A DNA stretch of 64,000 bases from Camelus ferus (Eukaryota). The notes below the pieces were generated by a model. That model had not been told where the DNA came from. It saw only the letters and a list, made by a program, of their open reading frames with translations, and made no database searches. Shown in pieces: positions 51,113-63,696 of the stretch. The translations under genes were made by a program, and so were the position numbers. The DNA lies in NCBI RefSeq assembly GCF_009834535.1, contig NC_045696.1, forward strand, positions 22,136,001-22,200,000. The letters run 5' to 3'. Numbering within the stretch: the first letter of the stretch is position 1; each line of letters opens with the position of its first letter.

Positions 51113-53820
51113 TGGAAACTAGAGGAAGCCCTTCTTAGTCCTGCTCCACCAGCTGTTACCCAGATCCAAAACTGGTCGGTTCAGCCTCAGAGAGTTCCCG
51201 AGCAGGGCAGGAAGTAGACTGGCTACTCCATATCCATCAGAGAGTGGGCGCTGGGCGTAGTGCTGTTCAGTCCTCATCCAGGAGGCTGGGCGCTCGATGG
51301 CCACTGGGCTCCTGTCTTATGTCCTCAACAGAAACCCAGTTTTCCCCTAGGCTCGTGGCTTCTGGGAGAACCCTGAGTTACTTGGTTGGGGCCTGACCAC
51401 CTGGCTAGCCTTAACACCTCCTCCTCTGTAAGGCTGGACTATTCATCAAGGTCTTACTCCAAAGCAAAGAGAATCCCAGAGACACTTGTCCTTACCAGAG
51501 TCATCAGAGTTGCAGCAAACAAAGGATTCAGCAGGAGGATGACATAACTGGGCCTATGTTTGAGGAGGATGGATTCTAAAAAAATAGGGGGAAGCATTGA
51601 GAAGACTGCAGTAGTAGTTTAAGGGGACAGACAGTGAAGAACTGAGCAGACAGTGGCTGAGAAAATGAAGAGAAGGGGACTGAGAACTTGTCGCTGATTA
51701 GAGGCAGAGAGAACAAAAACAGAGATGATGCCAAGGTTTCTAGTTTTATAAAGTGATGTTCTAGCTGGGTTAGCAATTTGCTTCTCTATCACTTGTTACC
51801 TATTTTTTAATCTTATTTAAAGTTTTCATTGTATGGGCAGGCATCATTATTAAATGATGTCATGGTGCGTTGTAGCCCACTTATTTTTTAAAAAAGCACT
51901 GTTAACTACTGTTGCATTGAAAGACTTCCCCCTGGCTGGAACTAATTTTCTCCACCACAAATATCAAAAGTGCCTGGAAATGGACAAAGCAATCACTTTC
52001 AACCACCAATAGTAATGCTATTATTCTGACCCCAAAGTAATCCTTTGAGAGATTATTTTAGAAAAATAAAAAGGCATTAACAGTTTATCTGAGACAGGAG
52101 ATTCTTTGCATTCAAGACTGCTAATCTGAAAATTTTAAAAACTGAGTGGCAGGCCACTCATCTTTGTTTCCTTTTTTTTTTTCTTCACATGAGTATTTCA
52201 GCTTTACTTAACAATTTTACATCTGACTAATTTGAACATATGCGCATTGCTTTAGTATTTGGCTTGGAGAATTTTTTTCTGGTAAAAATAATTCAAAGTC
52301 ATGTTTTGTTTTTGGAATGTTTATTTCTTCTGAGATTCTGAGGGATGTGCATAGAGTTAAGGGGATAATTTAAAATTTAGATTTACTCTTGGGTCTCAGA
52401 AGTGTCATTCAATTGACAGAGCTTTTGTCCTAAAAATAACACTCTAATCTTCAAATGGTGTCCAGTTGCCATAGCATGGTTCCTTGAAAGATTATCGCTG
52501 CATCCTTCACTCTGCTTGAAATTGCTAATTAGAACTAATGGTGAAACTTGGCAGTAAATTTGCTGAGGTAGGATTCTTCATTCCTAATTTGGCTAACGCC
52601 CAACTCTAAATTAGAATACAATTAAGCCCTCAGCTTTCACTTGCAAAGAAACTTAACTCACATGCTGGGTCCACAAACTCCCGAAATGCAGATTTGCTCC
52701 CCTGACTTGTCAGACACAAGCACTGGAGAAGCCGCCATGGTCCTGTACGCCAGAGCAGCTCTTCCTGAAATCAGAATTTTTTTTTTTCTCCTGGCTTTCT
52801 TCTTTCAACAAAATAACCGAACAGTTGCCAAACTCCACTTTCTCTTTTGTTCCACAAATACTTTCCTACCACGGAGGGAGCTTTACTAACATGCACTATA
52901 GAAATTAATGTCCTCCTTGATGCGTTCATTTTGGCCTTGTGTGTTCAGGAAGGAGTAACAACCCCTCTTCCCAAAGAGTCGATGAATAATTGCTTACAAG
53001 TAAGGAAAAGGCTCCTGGCCAGAGGAAGGGAGTTGCCAGCTCCTTCCTCAGTATCACGCCCCTGCTAGTGAACAATTGGTAGGCTGCCCCGTGATTTTCC
53101 ACAGTCCAGATTCAGAGAGAGTGATGTCCTTCTTCATTAAGATAAAACAGAGAAAAGAGGGGGGAAAAAAAGAATAAAGCAGCAGCAGATGTAGCCTAAT
53201 CTACTGCACCTGAACTTCTGAAAAAGAAGCAAAACCCCCTACCTCTGCATGTAAGGACAAAGCTCAACCACAGCAGGAATTTGGAACTGAAAGCCAAGTT
53301 ACCAACAATGAGTTTGAACTGCCTTAAGCCAAGTTGCAAAAGAAATCCAACGCACAGGCTAGGACTTGATGGGGTGTCTGTTGACTCCCTTCTTTGGCTT
53401 CTCCCCAGCTGACTTTTAAGAGCAGCGACGGCGTGACCTAAACCCAGAGTTCTCAGGAAATTCAAGACGGAGTGGTCCTGTGGAGCAAAACTAAACTTGT
53501 GCATCTTCTTCAAAATACTTTCACTTTTAGTAAACATCTGCGTACCAGTCAGTGGAGCAAATCCAGCTGCACTGTCCCCATGAAAAATGGGGAGAGAAGA
53601 TGTAAAAGAGCGAAAAGCATCTATACTCCAAGCCTGTCAGACCACATCAGATTTTCAGTCCTTCCAGGAGGGGTAAATGTTGGCTCCATTGTTACAGGTA
53701 TCGTAACTGGAGCTTGCAAATGTTACACCGCTAGCTCAACGTCAAATGATTAATAAAAGGCAGAGCCTGAATCTGAATCCAGCATGGCCAAACTCCATCC
53801 CTGGGGTTTGTCTTTTGCCC

Positions 53821-54015
53821 TAGGGTTTCCCAAATGCCAGACCCTGGGCTGAGGCTAACCCAGCTGCTCAGAAGACCCCACCTGGGCACCGATGTCAAAA
53901 TGCCTGGACCACAGACTAGAAAATCTAATTCATTAGGTCTGGAAGGAGACCTGACAACCTGTGTTTTTCAGAAATTTCCCTGACATTCTTTTGCAGCCAG
54001 ACTTGGGAACCACTG
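53821..54015. mobile_element. hAT-Charlie MITE (MER5/MER112-like)
   Basis: Ends TAGGGTTTCCCAAA and TTGGGAACCACTG, with internal TCTAATTCATTAGGTCTGG. Confidence 0.6.
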
Positions 54016-54677
54016 CAGTATGTATTCTTCTAAGCTATTTTTCCAGCAGTTAATTTATTGATTTCGTGGAAATCTTAGTTCATCTCCCAAATCAAAGTGT
54101 AATGTATCTGTCACTCATAGAGATTGTATCTGATGTTTCTATGAACCATGAAATGCATTTTCAAAACATTTTAAAGTTTCAGTGGTCCTTTAGAAAATGT
54201 CCTTGAGCTTGGATTTAGGACATGCTTCCTTATGTTCAAAAAATGAGGGTGCATCCTTGGGACCAATGTATGACCCACAGTTTGTCTTGCTGCAAAACTC
54301 CATTGTTTCCTGTAGGGTTCAAGACTCTCCTTACTTCTGGGTGGCTCAGAATGCCAGGGCTACTGTTGCTCAGAACAAACTCCCCATCTTAAGATATTTT
54401 TGATTTACTACACCATCGAGGCTCTATTTGCTTTAGATGTGGGCTATGTATCTGTTTCAACCAATTTTCTAAAGTACGCTTTTCCCTAAGACGTCTTTTA
54501 TTTTTGCTTCTTGCTAAGGACTCTGTTGTGCCTCTTTTGAGACCCAAGGCGAAGCTTCTTATATCCTTATGCCTTCCAGTTGGAGGTTCTTTGTGTGCCC
54601 CTGTGTCCAGGTCTCCTAAGCTTATTTCTCCTTCTCACTCACCCTTTTCTGTGAAGGAGTCCACAGCTAGACTAAAG

Positions 54678-54899
54678 CAGGGTTTAGCAAACTGTGATCC
54701 AGGGGCCAAATCTAGCCTGACCCCTGTTTTTGTAAATGACATTTTATTGGAACACAGCCAGGCCCATTCATTTGTTTGTCTGTGGCTGCCTCCACAGTAC
54801 AGTGGCGCAACTAAGTCGCCAGAAGTAGACAGAGACCACACGGCCTGCAAAGCCAGACGTACTTTCTGGTCCTTTACAGAAAAAGTTTGCCAATCCCTG
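54678..54899. mobile_element. MER58A hAT-Charlie MITE with perfect 8-bp TSD
   Basis: Terminal inverted repeats CAGGGTTTAGCAAACT / AGTTTGCCAATCCCTG; TSD GACTAAAG at 54670-54677 and 54900-54907. Confidence 0.92.
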
Positions 54900-56314
54900 G
54901 ACTAAAGGAACATTTCCAGTGAAAATATTTGTAAATTTTCCTCTGATAGAGGAATACCGCATATACTTCCAGGATCACCCAAAACACATATGCTGTGAGG
55001 ATTTTGTCATTTGCCTGTTTTTCTTTCTTTTTAATCCTTTGTTTTAGGGCACAACATACATATTCTTTTTTCAATCCCATGTTCTGATTTTACTGGTTTA
55101 TTAAAAAGGCAATATTAGGCCTAAAAATGATGGACAGTCTTTTCAATAAAATTCCTTTTAAAATATATGATGAATCATCTAGTTACATATGTAAAGGGAA
55201 GGGTTATGTTATGGAGAAGATTATTTGAATCTCTGCTAATTTGTCATAATTTTCTCCACTTAACCTTTCCTCCATCTGTTAAAATGAACCCCAGTTTCAC
55301 CAATCTGTAATTTGTATTGCTGATAACAAAAGGAAACAATATTTCCGTTCAACTTTCCCCAAACCATCTTGATAATTGGTAATGGTACAAAGTATATATA
55401 TAATATTAATCCAGAAAAATACACTTTGGGACAAAAAAAATCTCATTTTTTTCTATAAAAATAAGAAATTAGGTGTCTTTAAAAACCTCATTACTCTTTA
55501 CAAATCCCACAAAAGTTACTAAGAAAGTCTTCCGGATCTGATATTTAATGACTGCAGAAAAGCAACTGGATTGTACCTGAAATCTACACCTCGTCTTTAA
55601 TTAAGCTCACTCACTTTGCCTACCAGGTTATTACTATTTAAAAGTGCCAGCACGCCCTCTTGTGGCATATTGTAGTTACTATTCTTTTCTACAACTAATT
55701 TGGAAGTTTGCTATGGACCCATTAAATTTTATGTAAGTCGTTTTACAAGAGACCACTCTAACTTATATTTCATCTGTGATTGATTCCTATAGAACAACAA
55801 TCAATAATATACAATGGAACTTTCAGAATGAACTGAAAAAATTACCACTGACTGTAATAAAATATGATTATTGCCGTTTGATACCCACTTTGAAAACCCA
55901 AGAACAGTAATAAGTCTACAATCCATTTTTGTCCATAGGACTACTCCGTAGGAGGGGAAAACATAAAGTTTAACCTTATCATATTCTTTCATATCAGATG
56001 TTACAAAGAACATCTACATACTCTGCATTCCAATTTGAGGATGTGACTATATACGTAAGTATATATTTTTATCAAAGGGCACACATAAGTCAAAAGGTTT
56101 TATGTAAGTCAAATCTATACCCCAGTTTCTAGTTGCTTCCTTTCAAGGGAAGCTTTGGGTACCTTCCTGGCCACCTGGCTTTGAGAATCCCTTGGTTTAG
56201 GCTAGAGTGCAAGCCCATGAATCCCCTAGATCATATTTTTGGCACTTGTGAGAACAACTTCTCATTTTATCTCCTCTGGACTGCTTGGGATTGTTTTGTT
56301 TCTTAATATACAAG

Positions 56315-56520
56315 TCCCACCACTTACTGGCTTAACTGGGATCCCTTAAGCAAGTTACATTAATGCTCTCAGCCTTAATTCCTCACCTGTAAAATGGTGA
56401 TTTTACATTTTACAGGTGATGTAAGAACAGTATCATATAACTGTCATGAGGATTAAATACAAGAATGAATGTTAAGGTGACCAGCTCAAGCAGGGCACAT
56501 AGGGGGAGATTAGTGTTAAC
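56315..56520 (+). mobile_element. MIR SINE carrying an inverted micro-duplication
   Basis: CCACCACTTACTGGC...GCAAGTTAC...CCTCACCTGTAAAATGG...TGAGGATTAAAT. Confidence 0.8.
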
Positions 56521-59500
56521 AGCCAGCATTGCTATCAGGTTTCAAACGCATACTAACACTGTGGTTTCTCAATATTCCCCCCTCTCTTTTTGCCACTCCC
56601 CACTTATCTAGTGTATTTTTGGTCTGTTTTATTAAATTGTTTGTTTACATTTGCTTTTGCTTCCTGTGTGGCAGTGGAAATGCTAGCTTTGAAAGTGTGG
56701 GTTCTTGTTTTAGAACCTGCATTTCAGTTGACGACTTACTTCTTTAACACAGGAAGACTGCATTAGAGGGCCAATGCCCGGAGATGTAAATAGTGGAATA
56801 CCTCTGTGCTCCTCAGGAATGAATCCTGGGACACCTTTTCACTGGAAAGCTGAAATAGACCTCCTGATAAGATGTTTAAAAAGTATGAAGGGCAGTATTA
56901 GGAAGTACTTACTGTTTGTTTTTTCAGTGGTCAGACGATTCTTCTGTATTTATCTGGAAGTTTCTAACGCAAGTGAATTTTGTTAGAAAGAAGTCCCACA
57001 TCATAGATCTGTCCATTTTGGAGGAAGAATAAACATTGAGTATGGTACACCATCACTGGGTGGAACAGATGCTCCAACTGTCGAGGGTATTTTTTGTCCA
57101 CAGCTTCATCAAACATCAAAAGCGACTTTCTAGGTCAACTCCAGCTGAAAAGTACTTAGCTTAGAACTTATTTTAGACCCCCTATTTTTTGTTTCTCTAG
57201 CAATGCTCTGACATCATGTCAAGGTTCTTACACTCAAAATTAAGGCCTAAACATGATCCTTGATTCTTCTTGTACAACTTATATTTGGAGTCATTTCAAT
57301 CTCTTTATAAGACATAGCAGGAGTAAAATATGCTAGGGGAGGGGGTGATTTCAAACCCGAGATAATATTTAATAAATAGAATTTTTACCTATACCCACCT
57401 TGGTATACACGGTTGTTGCCTGTTACCTAGGAATTAAACGTTGAGTTGCAAGGTATTATCGCTATAGTAACTAGAAGTCACTGGAATGTTGAAAATGTGG
57501 GAAGATGTTAAATTTAGATCAAAGTGAGTATATGTCATATTGTCAATCCTATTCTTGCAGGAGCTAATTTTCTTCAACAGATCTTCCTTATTCATCACAT
57601 GAAAAGCTCTTTTCTCTCTTTTGTGACAGTTTTCAAAATCATTTCAAATAGCAAAAAAATTTTTGGTTTTCAAAAATAATTGTTCTTGTTCTTTCAAACT
57701 GTAACTTAAAATAACCATGTCCCAATACTATTTAGCTTTCACTGGATGATAAATAGTACAAATGTCTTGTGTTTTCTGGATACAGACTTTTAAGTAATTT
57801 CTTTTCTTTTTAACATCAGAAATATACCATCTGACCTGCCTTGTGACTGTTTGATGTGAAGCACTCAGAGCTGGCATGTTGTAGGATTTTAGTGTTTTTT
57901 GCGGCATTAAATTCCCTTTTCGCAAACAGCCTTCAGACTACCCAGATGAGATCAAACAGTTGATGGCATTTATATTTTCCTAAGCATCAGAAAGAATTCA
58001 ATCCCACAAAATTAAATGACTTTAGGGGGAAAAAAGTGACCATGTGGACATTTGACATCAAATACAGAAATATTGTTCATCTCTGTTTAGTGTCCCCAAA
58101 CTCCAGCAGCCTTTTTATTTTCCCTTTTTCTCCATTCCCTTTCTCGTCTGGCTCTCTGAATTATAATTAGGAAACTAGAGGATAAATTTGACCCTCATTG
58201 TGCTCATTTTTAGTAATATATACAAAGTCTCATAGAGGACTGTTCTGCTTCTTCACAAATGATTGATTCTGCTCCTTCAGTGTTCCTCACACAAATCTCT
58301 GGGGTGTGGGCAAATTCTCACCAACAGGAAACTCCTGAAGGAAGTCTTTGTTCCAAGGAGTGCAAAAGCAGGTGTTGCTAGTTACCTGTCTTGTTCTGTC
58401 CATTGCCTATCCCTTGCCTAAAAATAACACATGCTCATGACCCAGCATTTTACTGAAACTTTCTGGAGAAGTTGACCTTCCTTGGATTGTGTCTCTACAA
58501 TCCAAGTGAAGGGCTGTATTTTGAAAGACTGTATTATGCTTCCAACCAGATCCCCTGATAAAGCAGCACCTCCCATTGATCTCGACTGGGGAGAGGATGA
58601 GAGGTGCAGTGTTTCCATGGTGCAATGTGACCACCTGGATATAGCTCATAACAGTCAAAATATACCCCCTCTCTTCTGCCCAAAAGAAAGGAGAATGCGG
58701 GACCATTCATTACCAAAAGAAACAATCCTACTAGTAACTAGTCCACACACACAGAGTCCAGAGGATGCCCCAAGGTGAAATATTTATTACGCCTGAAAGT
58801 GCTTACAGAGTCTGTCTTGAGTGGGAGCCTGGGAATCCCTTTCCTCTGCAGTCTCTTTTCTCTCCCCATGTCCCCAGCGATGCCTAGCCCCTCCTCGGGG
58901 TGCTGGCTCCACCCAAGAGAGGAGTAGACAGTAGAATCCCTTGAGGTCATGATGACCATTTTTCCCAGACAACTCAGCCCACGTTATACTTGCCTTCTCC
59001 CTCATAAGAAGAGGCTTAGGTGTTTCCAAATCTTCTGATCAGAGCATTTAAAATAAAGATAAACCCTTTTTCTTATAACATTGATCACTGCTCATAGCAT
59101 CAGCTGTTTAATGTGCTTAAAATCTCTTCCACTTCAGTCTGTATTACAAAGCCCCCTTATCAGAAGTAAACAAGGAAGAAAAGATTTTTAAAATTATGTA
59201 TATATAGGTAGATAGATTGAAATAGACGGATAGAGATATATCTACTCAAGAAGTTCAAACATGAATTAGTGTCTTCTTTGAATCAAAAATTACAGTAAGT
59301 CCTAGGAATATAGAAACCAATCATTCATAAGCACAATTTCAGTATCTACGTATTCAGAAATTAACTGAAGGTGGGGTCGGGGTGGTCAACAGACATATTA
59401 AACAGTTAATGGTAGTGCTGTCCTGTGAGAACCTGCATCTAGATAGGAAAAAGTTTCGTGTTAGCTCTGAGGAAGGCATCACCCCTGGGAGAACCCTGGC

Positions 59501-59736
59501 GAGTAGGAGGCAGGAACAAGAAAAGAAAGGAAAGCACGTACCTTGATTAATGTTCCTATACTTTGCCTTCCAGAGCCATTTGCAAAGTGGACCTGTGCCA
59601 TCTTACACAGTGGACTGGCATTCCACACCTGGTGCTTAACCACAGTGAAATGGACACAGCCACAGAATGACGAGAGTGGAGATGCCAAGAGGAAGAGGTG
59701 ACATGGGTCTGAGTCAACTTTTGGTGCCCGGACCAG

Positions 59737-60070
59737 TGTAGTTTGCTAGAGCTGCCATAACAAACACCACTGATTGAATGGCTTGAACAACAGAATTTAT
59801 TTCCTCACAGGTCTGGGATCTAGAAGTCTAAGATCAAGGTTTTGGCAGAGTTGGTTTCTTCTAAAGGCCGCCTTCCTTGGCTTGTAAATGGCTGTCTGCC
59901 ACTGATGTCTTCACGTGGTCTTCCCTTTGTGGGTGTGTCTGTGTCTTAAGCTCCTCTACTGCTAAGGACACCAGTCCTATTGGATTAGAGTCCACCCATA
60001 AGACCTCATTTTACCTTAATCGCCTCTTTAAAGGCCCTGTCTCCAAATGCAGTCACATTCTTGGGCACTG
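59737..60070 (-). mobile_element. MLT1A-D-type MaLR LTR
   Basis: TGTAGTTTGCTAGAGCTGCCATAACAAA...GGCTTGAACAACAGAATTTATT...TAGAAGTCTAAGATCAAGG...CAGTCACATTCT. Confidence 0.88.
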
Positions 60071-61571
60071 GACAAAGATTCTCTCCTTGAGCAGACTTCA
60101 GTCAGATTGTTCTCTTCCCCCCTATTTATTTATTTATTTTAGTTTTTAAATAAGATTTCATTGATAAGGTAACCTAATAACATGCAGTCTGTTACAGTAT
60201 CGTTCTCTCATCAAATAGAAAATTTTATATACTTTTATTATACATGAGAAATTATTTTTATAAATGACTGACTTTATATTGTTAATGACTAATTCTTGGG
60301 TATTAGTTTTTCTTTTTTCCATCCCAATTTTACTGAGATATAATTGACATACAGCACTGTATAAGTTCGAGATATATAGCATATTTATTTGACTTACATA
60401 CATCATGAAATGAAGATAGTAAGTTTAGTAAACAGTTGTCATTTCATATAGATACAAAATTAAAGAAATAGAAAAAAAATTTTTTGTAATGAGAACCAAC
60501 AGAATTTACTCTCTTAACAACTTTCATATTTAATGTACAGCAGTGTTGATTATATCTATCACATTGCATGTTACATCCCTAGTATCTATTTGTCTTATAA
60601 CTGGAAATTTGACCTTCTGACTACCTTCTAATTCCCCCTCTCTCTACCCCCTATCTTTGGTAACCACAAATCTGATCTCTTTCTATGAGTTTGTTTTTTT
60701 ATTTGTTTGTTTTTGAAGTATAATTGACCTACAACACTGCAACTAACAACACTATGTTAGTTCCTGGTATACAACATAGTGATTTAATATTTCTATACAT
60801 ATCAAAATGATCACCATAATAATTCTAGTTACCGTCTGGCCCCACACAAAGATATTACATAATTATTGACTATATCTCCCAAACCGTACATTTCATACCC
60901 ATGACTCATTTATTTTGTAACTGGAAGTTTGTACCTCTCAATCTCCCTCACCTATTTCTCTCTTCTCCCTGCCCCCATCCCAACTGTTTATTCTCTGTAT
61001 CTATGACTCTGTTTCTGTGTAGTTATGTTTGTTCATTTGTTTTGTTTTTAGATTCCACATGTAAGTGAAATCATGCAGTATTTGTCTTTGTTTGAGTTCT
61101 TTTATATTCCTTTCTTCTTTTTCTTGCTCTCCTCCGCTGTGATTTGATGACTATCTTTAGTGTTATGTTTGGATTTCTTTCTCTTTTTCGTGTGTATCCA
61201 CTATAGATTTTTGATTTGTGGTTACCACAAAGTTTATATATAAATATGTGTATATAAAACTATATAAATATATATATATAATAAGATTATTTTAAGTTAC
61301 TGATCTCTTAAGTACAAACACATTTTAACAGTCCTGAATTTTTACTCCCCTCTCCATGTTTACTGTTTTTGACATATTTTATATCTTTTTGTTTTGTGTG
61401 TCCTTTAACTGTTTATTATGGATATAGACGATTTTACTATTTTTGTATTTTAACATCCCTACTAGCTTTATAAGCAATTGACCTATTACCATTACTGTAT
61501 AATTGCCTTTCCCAATGAGATTTTTCCTTTTATAATTTTCAGATTTCTAGTTGTGGCCTTTTCTTTTCTAC

Positions 61572-62455
61572 CTAGAGAAGTCCCTTTAACATTTCTTGTA
61601 AAGCTGGTTTGGTGGTGCTAAACTCTTTTAGCTTTTGCTTTTCTGTACAATTTTTTATCTCGCCTTCAAATCTGAATGAAAGCCTTGCTGGGTAGAATAT
61701 TCTTGGTTGTACGTTTTTCCCTTTCATTACTTTAAATATATAGTGCCACTCCCTTCTGACCTGCAGAGTTTCTGCTGAAAAATCAGCTGATGACCTTATG
61801 GGATTTCCCTTGTATGTAACCTGTTGCTTTTTCCTTGCTGCTTTTAATATTCTCTCTTTATCTTTAATTTTTGTCATTTTAATTACAGTGTGTCTGGTGT
61901 AGTCCTCTTTGGGTTGATCCTGTTTGGAATCTCTGTGCTTCCTATACCTGGATGTTTGTTTCCTTTCACAAGTTAGGACAATTTTCAGTCTTTATGTTTT
62001 CAGATATCTTCTCTATCCCTTTATCTCTCTCTTCTCCTTCTGGGACTCCTATAATGTGAATATTAGTGCACTTCATGTTGTCCCAGAAGTCTCTTAAACT
62101 GTCCTCATTTCTTTTTATTCTTTCTTCTGTTCAGCTTCAGTAATTTCCCCTATTCTGTCTTCCAGTGCACTGATCCATTCTTCTGTATCATCTAATCTAC
62201 TGTTGATTCCCTCTAGTGTATTTCTTTATTTCAGTTATTATATTTTTCAGCTCTGTTTGATTCTTCTTTACATCCTCTAACTCTCTGTTAAATTTGTCAC
62301 TGTGTCCATCCATTCTTCCCCTGAGTTCACTGAGCATCTTTATGATCATTACCGTGCAATCTTTTAGCAGGTAGATTGCTTATTTCCACTTCATTTAGTA
62401 TTTCTGGGATTTTATCTTGTTCCTTTGTTGGGAACCTAGTCCTCTGTCATCTCAT
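61572..62455 (-). pseudogene. Decayed L1 ORF1p (RNA-binding protein); the C-terminal 101 aa are still open
   Basis: ORF 61572-61877 (KDKERILKAARKKQQVTYKGNPIRSSADFSAETLQVRREW...YPARLSF...LKEFSTTKPALQEMLKGLL) is the canonical ORF1p RRM-end/CTD. The N-terminal part from the ATG at 62455 has stops and frameshifts. Confidence 0.92.
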
Positions 62456-63211
62456 TTTGCCTAATCTGCCATTTTTATTTCTATGTACTTAGTAAGTTGT
62501 TATGTTTTCCTATCCTGGAAAAGTGGCCTTACATAGAGAATGTCCTGTGAATCCCAGCAATGCACTCCCCTCTCGGCACCAGAGCTGTATGCTCTAGGGA
62601 TGCCTTCTCTGTGGGCTGCATGGGTCCTTATGTTATGGCAGGATGATTGCTGCAGGTGTGCCGGTGGGCGGAGCTGGACCACAGCCTGGTTGGTTGCCAG
62701 GCCCCACCTTGTGCAGAGGCTTTGGCCCACTAGTAGATGGGCCTGGGTCATGAGGTGGCTAGCTGCAGAGCCCTGGGGAGGGTCCCAGGAGTAGTGCTAG
62801 CCCACTGGTTGGCAGGGCCATGTCCCAGCAGAGCTGGCTCCTGGAGCTTGTGTTGGTCCAGTGGTGGTTGGGGCCAGATCCTAGGGCAGCTGGCTGAAGA
62901 ACCCAAGGTGTCCTGAAGCTGGTGTCAGTTTGCTTATGGGTAGGGCTGAGGCCCCCAGGGTCCCAGGGCTGATGCTCACCCCCTGGTGGATGAGGCTGGG
63001 TCCTGGGCCATCTGGTATGCAGGGCCAGGTATTAGGGTGGCTAGGGCCTCTGGGGATCCTAAGGCAGCCAGCCCGCTGGTGGGTGGGGCTGTGTCCCCAC
63101 CCAGCTAACTGCTTGGCCTGGGGTGTCCCCCAACTGCTGCCAGCTGGCTAGTTGGCAGGGCTGAATCCTGGCACAATGAGCTGAAGGGAGGATTCAGAAA
63201 TGGTGCTTGCC

Positions 63212-63645
63212 CTCTTTCCGTGCCGCCACAATGGTGCACAAGAATGTCCTCACTGATGCTCTCAAGAACATCAGTAATGCTGAAAAGAGAGGCAAGCGCC
63301 AGGTTCTTATTAGGCCAGGCTCCAAAGTCATTGTTCGGTTTCTAACTGTGATAATGAAGTATGGTTACATTGGCTAATTTAAAATCACCAGTGACCACAG
63401 AGCTGGAAAAATTGTTGTGAACCTCACAGGCAGGCTAAGTAAGTATGGAGTGATCAGCCACAGATTTGAGGTACAAATCAAAGATCTAGAAAAATGGCAG
63501 GATAACCTGCTCCCATACATCAGTTTAGTTTCATTGTCCTGACAACCTCAGCTGGCATCATGGACCAAAATACACAGGAGGGGAAATCCTTGGATTCTTT
63601 TTTCTAGGGATATAATACATACAAACAAATAAAATGCCTCAGTGG
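63212..63645 (+). pseudogene. RPS15A: Processed pseudogene of 40S ribosomal protein S15a (uS8)
   Basis: 5'TOP CTCTTTCC at 63212. ATG at 63231 gives [48 protein letters not shown], with a premature TAA at 63375. It continues [15 protein letters not shown]...[12 protein letters not shown], with a 1-nt deletion (~63518) and a ~16-nt deletion (~63567, EEARR lost), then GGEILGFF. Original stop at 63605-63607, AATAAA at 63628, no introns. Confidence 0.96.
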
Positions 63646-63664
63646 AAAGAAAAGAAAAGAAAAA

Positions 63665-63696
<32 letters not shown>

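Noticed and set aside
53054..53070. CTCF-like ACGCCCCTGCTAGTG
   Set aside because: Core spacing does not fit the motif.
63231..63607. Functional RPS15A gene
   Set aside because: Premature stop at codon 49, frameshifts, a 16-nt deletion, no introns, a polyA-derived tail and a TSD.
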